Of a stretch of DNA of 64,000 nucleotides, positions 20,048 through 27,838 are shown in pieces. Made by a program: the position numbers and the translations under genes. The notes under the pieces are model-generated. The model did no database searches. It was given only the letters and a program-made list of their open reading frames with translations, and was not told where the DNA came from. The DNA is taken from NCBI GenBank assembly GCA_044229845.1, contig JBGASG010000002.1:544001-608000 (forward strand). The letters are read 5' to 3'. Numbering within the stretch: the stretch's first letter is position 1; every line of letters begins with the position of its first letter. This stretch comes from Candidatus Obscuribacteraceae bacterium (lineage in GTDB: Bacteria; Cyanobacteriota; Vampirovibrionia; Obscuribacterales; Obscuribacteraceae).

Positions 20048-21271
20048 TCAACTTTTGACCATGGCACTCAACGCCTCCAACAATAGATCGATATCGGCTC
20101 TATTGTTGGAGTAGTGGCACGCGACTCGCAAGCCGTGCCCTGGAACGGCACTGAGAAAATCCGGCTGCACCCAGAGTTTGTGTTTCTCCCAGAGAGCCTC
20201 CCGCAGGTCCTCGACCAGAAGGAGTTCGCGCGGCCAGTAGCAGACCACCATGCTGGTTGCTTCATCGAGATTGTTCCTATACAGGTTGGGAGTGCGAAAC
20301 TCGGGTCGCAGCTTTTCGACTTCTTCACGGAAGTATTGCGCCAGCGCCAGTTGATATTCTTCGACAGCCGCAACACCGACCCGCGTAAACAGATCGCATG
20401 CGGCAGCCAGTCCCCACCATTTGACGACGTCGCTTGTACCCTGGGTTTCGAAGCGTGTTATGTCGTGAGCGTCGGCATCCTTTTTCGTGTAGTGTTCCGA
20501 GTCCAGCAGCAGCGGCTGAAAACGTGGCACCACATCTGGTGGCAAGAGAGCGAAGCCGGTTCCGCTCGGTGCACCGAGCCACTTATGGCCGGAACCCACC
20601 CAAAATCGGTAGTCGTGCGCCGTCAGATCACAGTCACGCTGCCCGGGCGTATGAGCACCGTCGATGACTAATTCGACGTTTCTTCCCTCGGAGTTGTGCT
20701 GCGCGACTCCCTCCTGCAACGCGCGCAGGTTGGGACGCCAGCCAGTGTAACAGCCGATCTCGCTGACCAGGACAACTCTGGTCCTATCCGAAATCGCAGC
20801 CAGCATTGTTTCACACATGTGCGCGCTGCCTTTGAACGGAGCTATATCGACGCGTCGAGTTGTGACGCCGCGAGTTTCTTCCAGGAGGCGGCTGATGGCA
20901 TTGACGGAACCATGTTCCTGGTTTGTAATCACCAGTTCGTCGCCGGGGCTGAGCAAATTACTGAGAATGAAGTGCATCGCCTGGTTGGTGTTGTTTTGCA
21001 ACAACAACCTCTTCTCATCCGCATGCAGCACGCGTGCCGCGGCATGGCGCGCCGATGCATAGTGATCGGTATCGATGAAGATAGTGCGTGTCGGATTGAT
21101 GTTGAGTTTTTCGGTGCCCTCGGCCACCGCCTGCAAGACAGATGTCGGTTTGCGCCCGGACGAACCGGTATTCAAATAAATCTCCTGGCGGCGAGGAAAC
21201 TCAGCTGCGACGACCGGCTCAAACTGTTTTTCGAGACGGTCCAGATTGGCTGCGAGAGTGGCGGTTTGCAT
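20048..21271 (-). CDS. Class V PLP-dependent enzyme (CefD/EgtE-like C-S lyase or epimerase)
   Basis: YLNTGS.G, QEHGS, IDGAH and GSGHKWLGAPSGTG motifs. Start placed at MQTATL (21271) to avoid overlapping the divergent gene. Confidence 0.8.
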   Translation of the reverse strand: MQTATLAANLDRLEKQFEPVVAAEFPRRQEIYLNTGSSGRKPTSVLQAVAEGTEKLNINPTRTIFIDTDHYASARHAAARVLHADEKRLLLQNNTNQAMHFILSNLLSPGDELVITNQEHGSVNAISRLLEETRGVTTRRVDIAPFKGSAHMCETMLAAISDRTRVVLVSEIGCYTGWRPNLRALQEGVAQHNSEGRNVELVIDGAHTPGQRDCDLTAHDYRFWVGSGHKWLGAPSGTGFALLPPDVVPRFQPLLLDSEHYTKKDADAHDITRFETQGTSDVVKWWGLAAACDLFTRVGVAAVEEYQLALAQYFREEVEKLRPEFRTPNLYRNNLDEATSMVVCYWPRELLLVEDLREALWEKHKLWVQPDFLSAVPGHGLRVACHYSNNRADIDLLLEALSAMVKS

Positions 21272-21338
21272 GCACGGTATGTTATCACGCGGTAGCCACC
21301 GGGTTGCCACCAGTGAACGGTTTTGCGACAATCCTGCC

Positions 21339-22382
21339 GTGGCGCAATCAACTCTTCAATCACAACCAACTACTTCCTCATCCAACACCGCTGTCATCAA
21401 CTTTGCGGTGCTGGCGGGAGCATTGCTGGTTTCATTGCTGCTGGCTCTTTGCCTGGGCGAAGTGACCGTCAGCCCACAGAGCGCTCTGCAAGTCATCTTC
21501 AGTCCGGGCGCCGGCAGCGATACGGCTCTGCAGCAGGTCTTGTGGGACATACGACTGCCGCGAGTGCTGGGTGCGGTCGCCGTGGGTTGGGCGCTGGCTG
21601 TTTCCGGCTATCTACTGCAGACGCTTTCGCGCAACTTTCTTGCCGATCCTTATTTGACCGGAGTCAGCAGCGGTTCAGCTCTGGCGGTCGCAGGCGTGAT
21701 GCTGTTCGCGCTCGACTTCGCATATCTACCGGTAGCCGCGTTGCTGGGCGGCATGTGCGCCAGCGTCATCGCGGCCGCCATCGCCCGCACCGCGGGCGGC
21801 ATCTCGGTTACTCGCTTGTTACTTGCCGGCATCGCGATTTCGGCCATCTGCAGCAGCTTGATTACGCTCATGGTGACCACATCGGGCGAGACAGCCCGCG
21901 CCCAGGGCGTCTTCTACTGGCTGGCGGGCAGCCTATCCAGCGTCAACTGGGCGGAACTGCGCTCGGGGTCAGCGTACATTGCGGTGGCGCTGGTGGTGGC
22001 AATGGTGATGACGAAACCTCTGCGCCTGCTCTCGCTTGGCGGGCAGACTGCCGCTTCGTTAGGGCTGAGCGTGGCGCGCACACAGTGGACGATTCTGGCG
22101 ACAGCTGTGGTGCTGTGCGGAACGGCGGTCTCGCTGGCGGGTATCGTCGGCTTCGTCGGGTTGATCGCACCGCAGATTGCGCGCCGTCTTTTCGGGCGCG
22201 ACGAGCGCTGCCAGATTGTCGCCGCGGGCGCCAGCGGCGCGCTGCTCGTCGTGCTCAGCGACCTGTGCGCACGCGTGCTCGGACACGGACAGGAGCTGCC
22301 ACTGGGGACGTTGCTCAATTTGATCGGCGGTCCGTTCTTTTTATGGATGGTGCTGCGCCGGCAGAAAGAGGAGACGGCATGA
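21339..22382 (+). CDS. FecCD/BtuC-family ABC transporter permease (iron chelate or cobalamin)
   Basis: IRLPRVL, Q...RN.LADPYLTGVSSG, LLLAGIAIS, WLAGSL, A.SLGL and GIVGFVGLIAP motifs. The start codon is uncertain (GTG 21339). Confidence 0.9.
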   Translation: MAQSTLQSQPTTSSSNTAVINFAVLAGALLVSLLLALCLGEVTVSPQSALQVIFSPGAGSDTALQQVLWDIRLPRVLGAVAVGWALAVSGYLLQTLSRNFLADPYLTGVSSGSALAVAGVMLFALDFAYLPVAALLGGMCASVIAAAIARTAGGISVTRLLLAGIAISAICSSLITLMVTTSGETARAQGVFYWLAGSLSSVNWAELRSGSAYIAVALVVAMVMTKPLRLLSLGGQTAASLGLSVARTQWTILATAVVLCGTAVSLAGIVGFVGLIAPQIARRLFGRDERCQIVAAGASGALLVVLSDLCARVLGHGQELPLGTLLNLIGGPFFLWMVLRRQKEETA

Positions 22383-23200
22383 CGGGCATGACAGGCATTG
22401 GCGGCATCACCGCCACCGACCTGACCGTCGGCTGGCAGACGCGCACGATTGCGAAGGTGCCCAGCCTGACAGTTTCTCCCGGATCGATAATCGTGGTCGC
22501 CGGTCCCAACGGCGCCGGCAAGTCGACGCTGGTGAAGACGCTGGCAAGACAGATTGCACCCCTGTCGGGCAAGATTGCCATCGACGGGGTCGACGCCACC
22601 ACATTTAGTGCCACCGCGTTTGCCAGGCGGGTCGCCTATGTGCCGCAGATGATGAACATGCTGCAAGACCTGACCGTGGCAGAGCTGGTGCAGTTGGGGC
22701 GCAACCCTCACCAGAGCTGGTGGTCATGGAAGGCGTCGGATGCCGATGCGGAAGCCGTCGCCGGCGCGCTCGAACGCACCGGCACAACGCATTTGCGTTC
22801 GCATTTCCTGAGCAGCCTGTCCGGCGGCGAGCGGCAACGCGCTGCGATCGCCATGGCGCTGGCGCAGAGCGCATCGTTTATTTTGCTGGACGAACCGACG
22901 GCGCATCTCGATTTCAAACACCAACTCGAACTGAGCGACCTGATCAAGTCGCTGGCGGCGCAGGGCATCGGGCTTTTGCTGGTTCTGCACGACCTCAATC
23001 TGATGTCGCGCGTGGCGGATCAGATTCTGTTTCTCAAAAAAGGCGCAGCAGAATTCAGCAAGCCCACCGCATATGGCGGCACTGCCGATGTTTTGAAAAC
23101 CGAGATTCTCCGCGATGTCTACGACGTCGAGGTGCAGGTGTTCACCGACCCGATTTCAGGTCAGCAGAACTTCGTACCCACTAGGGTATCGACTGACTAG
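22379..23200 (+). CDS. FecE/BtuD-family ABC transporter ATP-binding protein
   Basis: GPNGAGKST, LSGGERQR, LLDEPTAHLD and LHDLN motifs; ATGA overlap with the permease and GAGGAG RBS. Confidence 0.92.
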   Translation: MTGMTGIGGITATDLTVGWQTRTIAKVPSLTVSPGSIIVVAGPNGAGKSTLVKTLARQIAPLSGKIAIDGVDATTFSATAFARRVAYVPQMMNMLQDLTVAELVQLGRNPHQSWWSWKASDADAEAVAGALERTGTTHLRSHFLSSLSGGERQRAAIAMALAQSASFILLDEPTAHLDFKHQLELSDLIKSLAAQGIGLLLVLHDLNLMSRVADQILFLKKGAAEFSKPTAYGGTADVLKTEILRDVYDVEVQVFTDPISGQQNFVPTRVSTD

Positions 23201-23212
23201 ACGTGCCGGTAC

Positions 23213-23968
23213 TTATCTCCAGCGACGGCGCTGGTCGCCGATCGGGATTTCGGTGCCGATTCTGATTCTGCCGTGGTTTCCGATTGGAATGTCTACACCA
23301 ATTCCGATCTCGGCTCCGCCGTTTTGGTGCGGGTAGCGACGTCCGCCATGCGGGTAGTGACCGCCCTGTTGCGGGTAGCCGCCGTGCGGATAGTTGCGTG
23401 GATAGCCGCGAGGGACAGTGCCTTGCCAATCCGGATCCCAATCGCGTCCGGTGTGCGGATAGCGTATTGGTCCACCGCCGTGGTTGCCACAGCCGCAATC
23501 TGCGTGTCCGCGCTGATCTCCCCAGCGTCCGTTGGAGCGGTAAACGTGACCGCGTCCATCGCTGCCGATCTCGACAAAGATGTCGACCCCTCCATTCTGG
23601 CGGCGCGGCATCGAATACGGTCCGCGTGATTGCTCGAAGGTCGGCACATCCGGATGGCTCTGCCAGGCAAACGGCGGGTATTGGTTGCCGTATTGATCGG
23701 TGCCGATGCGTCCGCCGTTTCTGATGAAGTCGCGCTGGCTGACCGGAATCACCTGTCCGCCGTTTTCCACTTCCATCTCAACCGTTCGCGAACGCGGGTC
23801 GTCCCTGTTCACAAAGACGACATCGCCGGCCTTGGCATGCACGTGCCAGATTTCGTTTCTGGCAGCATCGGCATAATGATAGCCGTCGTTGTTCGGGATA
23901 GCTCCGGTCTTTAAATAGTCATCTACATCTGTCTGCTGTGCCGTAGCACGCCCTGGTTTATCGCCCAT
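23213..23968 (-). CDS. Hypothetical protein with a Gly/Tyr/Pro/His-rich low-complexity C-terminus
   Basis: 251 aa ORF with AGGA upstream of ATG; repeated YP.(G)G units and a GIGVDIPIG-type amphipathic end. Confidence 0.6.
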   Translation of the reverse strand: MGDKPGRATAQQTDVDDYLKTGAIPNNDGYHYADAARNEIWHVHAKAGDVVFVNRDDPRSRTVEMEVENGGQVIPVSQRDFIRNGGRIGTDQYGNQYPPFAWQSHPDVPTFEQSRGPYSMPRRQNGGVDIFVEIGSDGRGHVYRSNGRWGDQRGHADCGCGNHGGGPIRYPHTGRDWDPDWQGTVPRGYPRNYPHGGYPQQGGHYPHGGRRYPHQNGGAEIGIGVDIPIGNHGRIRIGTEIPIGDQRRRWR

Positions 23969-24196
23969 TTTTCCTGATAGCTCCGCATTTCGTACATTTC
24001 CGCAGTTTTTGAACTAATTAGAGCCAACGCCATTAATATTCTTTCTCTTGGCAAGGGGGTGGTCAATGGTGAAACTCCCACGCTCGCCCCGAAACCCTCA
24101 CCCTGCGCGGAAATTCGGCGATCGCCCCGGTTTGAGGCTTTTCACCAAAATTCCACAAAAAGTCTCCAGACAGGGGTTCACAGAGAAACCGTACAC

Positions 24197-24220
24197 CAAT
24201 CTCTTGGCAATCTCTTGGCA
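24197..24220 (+). repeat. Tandem 11-bp direct repeat CAATCTCTTGG x2 (third TCTCTTGGCAA copy at 24044-24054)
   Basis: Read directly in the intergenic sequence. Confidence 0.75.
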
Positions 24221-24270
24221 TTCAATCAATTCAACCCAACCGGTAACCCAAAGACCGCCGTCGGATTAAT

Positions 24271-24330
24271 CCAAGGGTTGCGATAAGCCATCATTTCCGA
24301 CGCAAAAAGATGGGTTATCGCAACCCTTGG
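24271..24330. repeat. Long inverted repeat / hairpin (22-bp arms, 1 mismatch, 16-nt loop)
   Basis: ccaagggttgcgataagccatc (24271-24292) pairs with gatgggttatcgcaacccttgg (24309-24330). Confidence 0.9.
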
Positions 24331-24405
24331 CAGCCCGGGAGGGGAAGCGGTGAAGGTTGCTCTTCAGATTCAACATATATGTCGCTGATGCCGCGCAAGC
24401 TCAAT

Positions 24406-24951
24406 CTAGATTTTGTAGCCTACGAGCGCCAGCAGGCGCGGCATGAAGACCATGCAGCCGACAACAGCGGCTACACCAGCCGAAAACATGACGGCAGCAG
24501 CGGCGACATCTTTCGCATCGCGCGCCAGCCGGTGATAGGCGCCATCGGTAGCGACATCGACGAGCCGCTCCAGAGCCGTATTGACAAGCTCAGCCACAAT
24601 CACCAGTCCGACCGCCATGGTCAGAAGGCAGGCACCCAGCATGTCGACACGCAGGACAACAGCCGCGATAACCACCAACAGGGCGACTACGGAATGAATG
24701 CGCAGATTGCGTTCGCTGCCGAATGCAATGCCGAAGCCCCGAAACGCATGATAGAAGGATTCGGCGACGCTGGCGGTCTGCCACTTGCGGCGTTGCCAGG
24801 CACGCGGAATGAACGGCACCAGCTTCGAATCGTGCTGTTGCTGCTGTTGCTGCTGTTGCTGCTGTTGCTGCGAGCGGGATTCGCTGCCGGTTTTACGAAA
24901 ACGTTTCTGTTGGGGGCGTGGAATGACTGCAGTCCTCAGATCTTGGGTCAC
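24406..24951 (-). CDS. dgkA: Diacylglycerol/undecaprenol kinase family (DgkA) with N-terminal poly-Gln extension
   Basis: SFYHAFRG.....ERNLRIH, ELVNTALERLVD and AKDVAAAAV motifs; lies downstream of ybeY as in many bacteria. Confidence 0.88.
   Translation of the reverse strand: MTQDLRTAVIPRPQQKRFRKTGSESRSQQQQQQQQQQQQHDSKLVPFIPRAWQRRKWQTASVAESFYHAFRGFGIAFGSERNLRIHSVVALLVVIAAVVLRVDMLGACLLTMAVGLVIVAELVNTALERLVDVATDGAYHRLARDAKDVAAAAVMFSAGVAAVVGCMVFMPRLLALVGYKI
24835..24870 (-). repeat. (CAGCAACAG)x4 tandem repeat encoding 12 Gln
   Basis: The + strand reads ctgttgctg x4, in frame within the dgkA N-terminal region. Confidence 0.9.
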
Positions 24952-25107
24952 CGTCGGCGATTTTATAGCGCCTTATGGTTAGACGATATCACGGGAGGTT
25001 GTTCCTAGGGCTGAAATAAATATGCGTGTATCGTATTTCGAACGCAAATTTAACAGCCGTGACGAAGGTCATGTGCCGCACGGCATGGGCGATATCGAAT
25101 ATTCACC

Positions 25108-25605
25108 TCAGCGCTTGAAACCGGCCTTATCGAGAATTTCTTTCTGGCGTCCAAACATTTCTTTTTCTTCAGCAGCGCTCGCGTGGTCAAACCCGAGCAC
25201 ATGCAACAGCCCGTGCACGAAAAGAAAAGCCAGCTCGCGCTCAAAAGAATGTCCGTACGCAGCCGCCTGTTCTTCAGCCTTTTCCAGAGAAATGACTATT
25301 TCGCCGAACTCCCAGGGTAGTCCTACCGGTGGTGGCACTAAATCAAGCGGAAACGACAGAACATCAGTCGCATAGTCCTTTTCCATCCACTCCTTGTTGA
25401 TCTTGCGGATGTTTTCATTAGATGTGAGCACGACGGAAAGCTGCCCCCGCTCGCCAAGTTCAGCCAGATCCACGTCTTTGAGATGCGCTGGACGCCGCCG
25501 ACGCAAATTGCTGAGAACCCCAGCGGAGAGCCGCTCGAACGACTCCTCAACCCAGGTTTTGTCTATGCGAACCCGCCGCTGCCGGTTCGAAAGCGTAAGC
25601 ATCAT
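25108..25605 (-). CDS. ybeY: rRNA maturation endoribonuclease YbeY
   Basis: TDVLSFP, GEIVIS and HGLLHVLGFDH metal-binding motif. Confidence 0.93.
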   Translation of the reverse strand: MMLTLSNRQRRVRIDKTWVEESFERLSAGVLSNLRRRRPAHLKDVDLAELGERGQLSVVLTSNENIRKINKEWMEKDYATDVLSFPLDLVPPPVGLPWEFGEIVISLEKAEEQAAAYGHSFERELAFLFVHGLLHVLGFDHASAAEEKEMFGRQKEILDKAGFKR

Positions 25606-25705
25606 GGGCGCCCTGTTTGAAATCGAGGCGCCGCCATGGTAACATATGAAATTCCGTTCGGTCCCCCGGTTTCCTGCCAGGGGAGCAATCAATACTGGTC
25701 CTTGA

Positions 25706-26233
25706 ATGACAGCAACTTTAGAACGCGTAATTGACCTGGCTGAACATGTGACAACACCGCGCGGACTATCCGTAGTGGACGCTCGAATGAGCCAGCAGGG
25801 CAAGCAACGCACCATAGAAGTGACCATCCACCGCGTCGGCGGACGTATCAGTCTTGACGACTGCGAGCACGTCAGCCGCGAGCTGGAAAAGTTGCTGGAC
25901 GAACAGGTTCCGCCGGTAATCGAAGGCACCTATTTGCTGGAAGTGCAAAGCCCGGGCATCGACCGCAAGCTGAGCAGCGACCGCGAATATCAACTGTTTG
26001 CCGGCGAGCAAGTGGAAGTTTTGCTGAAGAAACCGATCGCGGGTCTGGGCGCCCAATTCAAGGGCAAACTGGACCGGTTCGGCGATGGGCATTTGCTGAT
26101 CGCGGAACCGCAGGTGGTGGCAACCTCCAGCAAGCGCAAGAAAAAAGCGGCCGGCGGTGAAGAGATCGTGACACCAGATAAGGTGCAGATCGACGCCGCC
26201 AACATCACGCACGTGCGCCGTATCGCCCAATAG
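25706..26233 (+). CDS. rimP: Ribosome maturation factor RimP
   Basis: ISLDDCEHVSR and YLLEVQSPGIDR.L motifs; first gene of the nusA-infB operon. Confidence 0.93.
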   Translation: MTATLERVIDLAEHVTTPRGLSVVDARMSQQGKQRTIEVTIHRVGGRISLDDCEHVSRELEKLLDEQVPPVIEGTYLLEVQSPGIDRKLSSDREYQLFAGEQVEVLLKKPIAGLGAQFKGKLDRFGDGHLLIAEPQVVATSSKRKKKAAGGEEIVTPDKVQIDAANITHVRRIAQ

Positions 26234-26270
26234 GCGTGGCACACAGACCTACGGACCACAGGAATCCCGG

Positions 26271-26314
26271 AACAACTGAATAACACAACAATTGAATAAC
26301 TAACAATTGAATAC
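26271..26314 (+). repeat. Three direct repeats AACAAYTGAATA in the rimP-nusA spacer
   Basis: aacaactgaataac (26271), aacaattgaataac (26287) and aacaattgaatac (26302), ending at the GAGGT RBS of nusA. Confidence 0.85.
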
Positions 26315-26326
26315 GAGGTACGAATT

Positions 26327-27445
26327 GTGATTAAAATCGGCGACAAACTACTGGAAGCAGCTGAAGAGCTGGAACGCGAGCGCAATATTCCGCAAGAGGA
26401 GTTCATCTCTTACGTATGCGACGCGATCGTAGCCGCCTATAAGAAGAAAGTCCCCGATCACGATGTGGAAGGCGTACGCGCCATCTTCGACTCGGAAACC
26501 GGCGAAATCGGCATCTTCGCTCCCAAGGAAGTCGTCCAAAAAGTATCCAACGAATATCACGAAATCTCGCTGGAAGACGCTCGCGACCTGATTCCCGACG
26601 TCACCATCGGTGAAGTGCTGGAAATCGAAGTGACTCCGCAAGACTTCTCCGAATTCGGCCGCATTGCCGCGCAAACTGCCAAGCAGCTCATCACCCAGCG
26701 CTTGCGCGAAGCGGAAAAAGAGTTGATCAAAAAAGAATTCGACACACGCAAAGGCTCCTGCACCACGGGACAAATTGAGCGTATCGAAGTAATCAGCAAC
26801 AACCGCAATAACGTGATCATCAACCTGGGCCGCGTGGAAGGCTGCATGCCGTCCAAAGAACAGCTGCCCGGCGAAACTTACCGCGTCGGCAATCGCGTAC
26901 GCGTCTACGTGCTGGAATTGCGCGAATCCGGACGCGTGCCGCAAATTATCGTGTCGCAAGCTCACCCCGAGCTGGTGCGCGAATTGTTCGAGTTGTACGT
27001 TCCGGAAATCGAAGACGGCACCGTGGAAATCAAATCGATCGCCCGCGAAGCCGGCTATAGAACCAAAATTGCCGTGCACTCGGAAGACAGCGATGTCGAC
27101 CCGGTAGGCGCCTGCATCGGCACCCGCGGCGTGCGTATTCAAAACGTAGTCGCTGAACTGCGCAACGAAAAGATCGACGTCATCCGCTTCTCAACAGATC
27201 CGGTCGACTACATCTCGAACGCGCTCAGCCCAGCCCGCATCACCACCGTCGCCCTTTACGACGACGAACAAGGCGGCAAGCGCGCGGAAGTCATCGTTCC
27301 CGATGACCAGCTCAGCCTGGCTATCGGTCGCGGCGGACAGAACGTGCGCCTCGCGGCCAAGCTCACCGGCTGGAAGATTGACATCAAGTCAGAAAGTCAG
27401 GCCGGCGGCAATTACAAACCGTTGCCGGAAAACGCTGCCCGCTAG
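26327..27445 (+). CDS. nusA: Transcription termination/antitermination factor NusA
   Basis: [12 protein letters not shown]1 and KH domains, [23 protein letters not shown] and [25 protein letters not shown]. Confidence 0.97.
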   Translation: MIKIGDKLLEAAEELERERNIPQEEFISYVCDAIVAAYKKKVPDHDVEGVRAIFDSETGEIGIFAPKEVVQKVSNEYHEISLEDARDLIPDVTIGEVLEIEVTPQDFSEFGRIAAQTAKQLITQRLREAEKELIKKEFDTRKGSCTTGQIERIEVISNNRNNVIINLGRVEGCMPSKEQLPGETYRVGNRVRVYVLELRESGRVPQIIVSQAHPELVRELFELYVPEIEDGTVEIKSIAREAGYRTKIAVHSEDSDVDPVGACIGTRGVRIQNVVAELRNEKIDVIRFSTDPVDYISNALSPARITTVALYDDEQGGKRAEVIVPDDQLSLAIGRGGQNVRLAAKLTGWKIDIKSESQAGGNYKPLPENAAR

Positions 27446-27492
27446 GTAACGAACTGGCAGCAATTGTTCACTAACTGGTAAATCACTAGCAC

Positions 27493-27825
27493 ATGCCGGA
27501 TCGGCTATGTTTGGTCTGCAGACAGAAAAGGCCGCAGCACTTGTTGCTGCGGCTTACAGTCGAACGATCAACGGGTCAAGTGTTTCTTAACTCGGGCTCA
27601 CCGGCGGACCGCAAGAAGACAGGCAGATCGGCCTATCTTTGCGTCAGTGAAACCTGCGTGGAAGCGGCTCTCAAAGGCAATCGCCTGAAAGGCGCCCTGG
27701 AAGGGCGACACAGTAAGGAGCGCCCGAGAAAGCGCCACATCACTTGGCCTCTTGAGTCACAACTTATCCATACTCTGAGACGTGTGTGCACAGAACAGGC
27801 TATTGCATGCCACAATACTGATTGA
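27493..27825 (+). CDS. ylxR: YlxR/RnpM (DUF448) family RNA-binding protein
   Basis: P.R.C..CR, LLRL and GRSAYLC....C motifs; conserved position between nusA and infB. Confidence 0.85.
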   Translation: MPDRLCLVCRQKRPQHLLLRLTVERSTGQVFLNSGSPADRKKTGRSAYLCVSETCVEAALKGNRLKGALEGRHSKERPRKRHITWPLESQLIHTLRRVCTEQAIACHNTD

Positions 27826-27838
27826 AAGGAGGGCATGC

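Noticed and set aside
21323..22378. 625-aa ORF suggesting a long N-terminal extension or fusion on the ABC ATPase
   Set aside because: The extra ~350 codons are an Arg-rich off-frame reading of the GC-rich permease gene. The ATPase has its own RBS and an ATGA-coupled start at 22379.
24785..24982. Small ORF with a poly-Cys run (metallothionein-like appearance)
   Set aside because: It is the antisense reading of the CAG/CAA repeat in dgkA; the poly-Leu ORF at 24310-25008 has the same origin.
23969..26326. CRISPR array, tRNA or riboswitch in the larger intergenic regions
   Set aside because: The repeats are short (11-14 bp) with no unique spacers, there are no cas genes, and no tRNA cloverleaf or riboswitch consensus is recognisable by eye.
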